A stretch of DNA of 63,834 bases, counting the filler, from Octopus bimaculoides (Eukaryota), in the NCBI RefSeq assembly GCF_001194135.2. It is 6 parts of 6 records of this genome, joined end to end, with 100 filler letters (N's around TTAATTAATTAA, not from the genome) between each part and the next. Parts side by side here need not be neighbours in the genome. Positions count along the whole stretch, not along the records: positions 62,370 to 63,834 come from NC_068982.1; 5 more parts are not named here. One strand, written 5' to 3'. Of this stretch, positions 63,434 through 63,834 are shown piece by piece; the stretch's first letter is position 1; each line of letters starts with the position of its first letter. The notes under the pieces were generated by a model that searched no databases, was not told the origin of the DNA, and saw nothing but the letters and a program-made list of their open reading frames with translations. A program made the position numbers and the translations under genes.

Positions 63434-63523
63434 GTGTAGCTGAGGATTGCTCTGCATTTTTAAATTGATGCAATGATTACGTTGTTCAATTAAATGGAGT
63501 TGCATGAAACGATCGTACTGCAT
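63434..63523 (+). ncRNA. Type I hammerhead motif, canonical core, long helix II
   Basis: GTGTAG/CTGCAT helix I; CTGAGGA (63440-63446); ~59-nt helix II region; GAAA; perfect palindrome ACGATCGT; GUA; cleavage predicted after 63517. Confidence 0.85.
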
Positions 63524-63574
63524 TACCTCTGGATATCCTTGCTGCTTATTTTGATATATATATATATATATACT

Positions 63575-63800
63575 CTTTACTCGCTTTACTCTTTTAATTG
63601 CTTCAGTCATTTGACTGTGGCCATGCTGGAGCACCGCCTTTTAGTTGAGCAAATCGACCCCAGGACTTATTCTTTGGAAGCCTAGTACTTATTCTATCGG
63701 TCTCTTTTGCTGAACCGCTAAGTTACAGGGACGTAAACACACCACCATCGGTTGTCAAGCGATGCTGGTGGTGGTGGTGGTGGGACAGACACAGACACAC
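63575..63800 (-). mobile_element. SINE family A tail
   Basis: Reverse complement of the family A 3' half. Confidence 0.9.
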
Positions 63801-63834
63801 AAATATATACACATACATACATACACATATATAT

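Noticed and set aside
18-63685. Most ORFs in the supplied track (HT/YI/CV/MY repeats, poly-X)
   Set aside because: They are translations of microsatellites and N gaps.

Overview
Eukaryotic, AT-rich, microsatellite-dense draft-assembly DNA with many N gaps. The repeat families and gap style resemble octopus/cephalopod sequence (inference from recall, not verified). No host protein-coding gene, tRNA/rRNA gene or CRISPR array can be called. The window is mostly decayed mobile DNA: several tRNA-headed SINE families, R4/Dong-type non-LTR retrotransposon fragments (RT and restriction-like endonuclease), Penelope-like (GIY-YIG) fragments, four IS630-Tc1-mariner relics, a hAT MITE, a Helentron/HINE-like element and several fold-backs. 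The main signal is about 15 type I hammerhead-ribozyme motifs from many unrelated families. Nearly all have a short palindromic helix III, the dimer-cleaving type known from Penelope-like elements and retrozymes, and most sit next to microsatellites. The best case is a tandem pair 150 nt apart around a (TAA)n tract whose helix-III strands are exactly complementary to each other (17541-17736). A second signal is a ~210-bp-arm hairpin (49121-49977) with a 14:2 bias toward minus-strand G-U pairs, inside a sharply CpG-depleted ~8-kb domain that looks like a methylated gene body. All structures, alignments and counts were read by eye and none was computed or tested.
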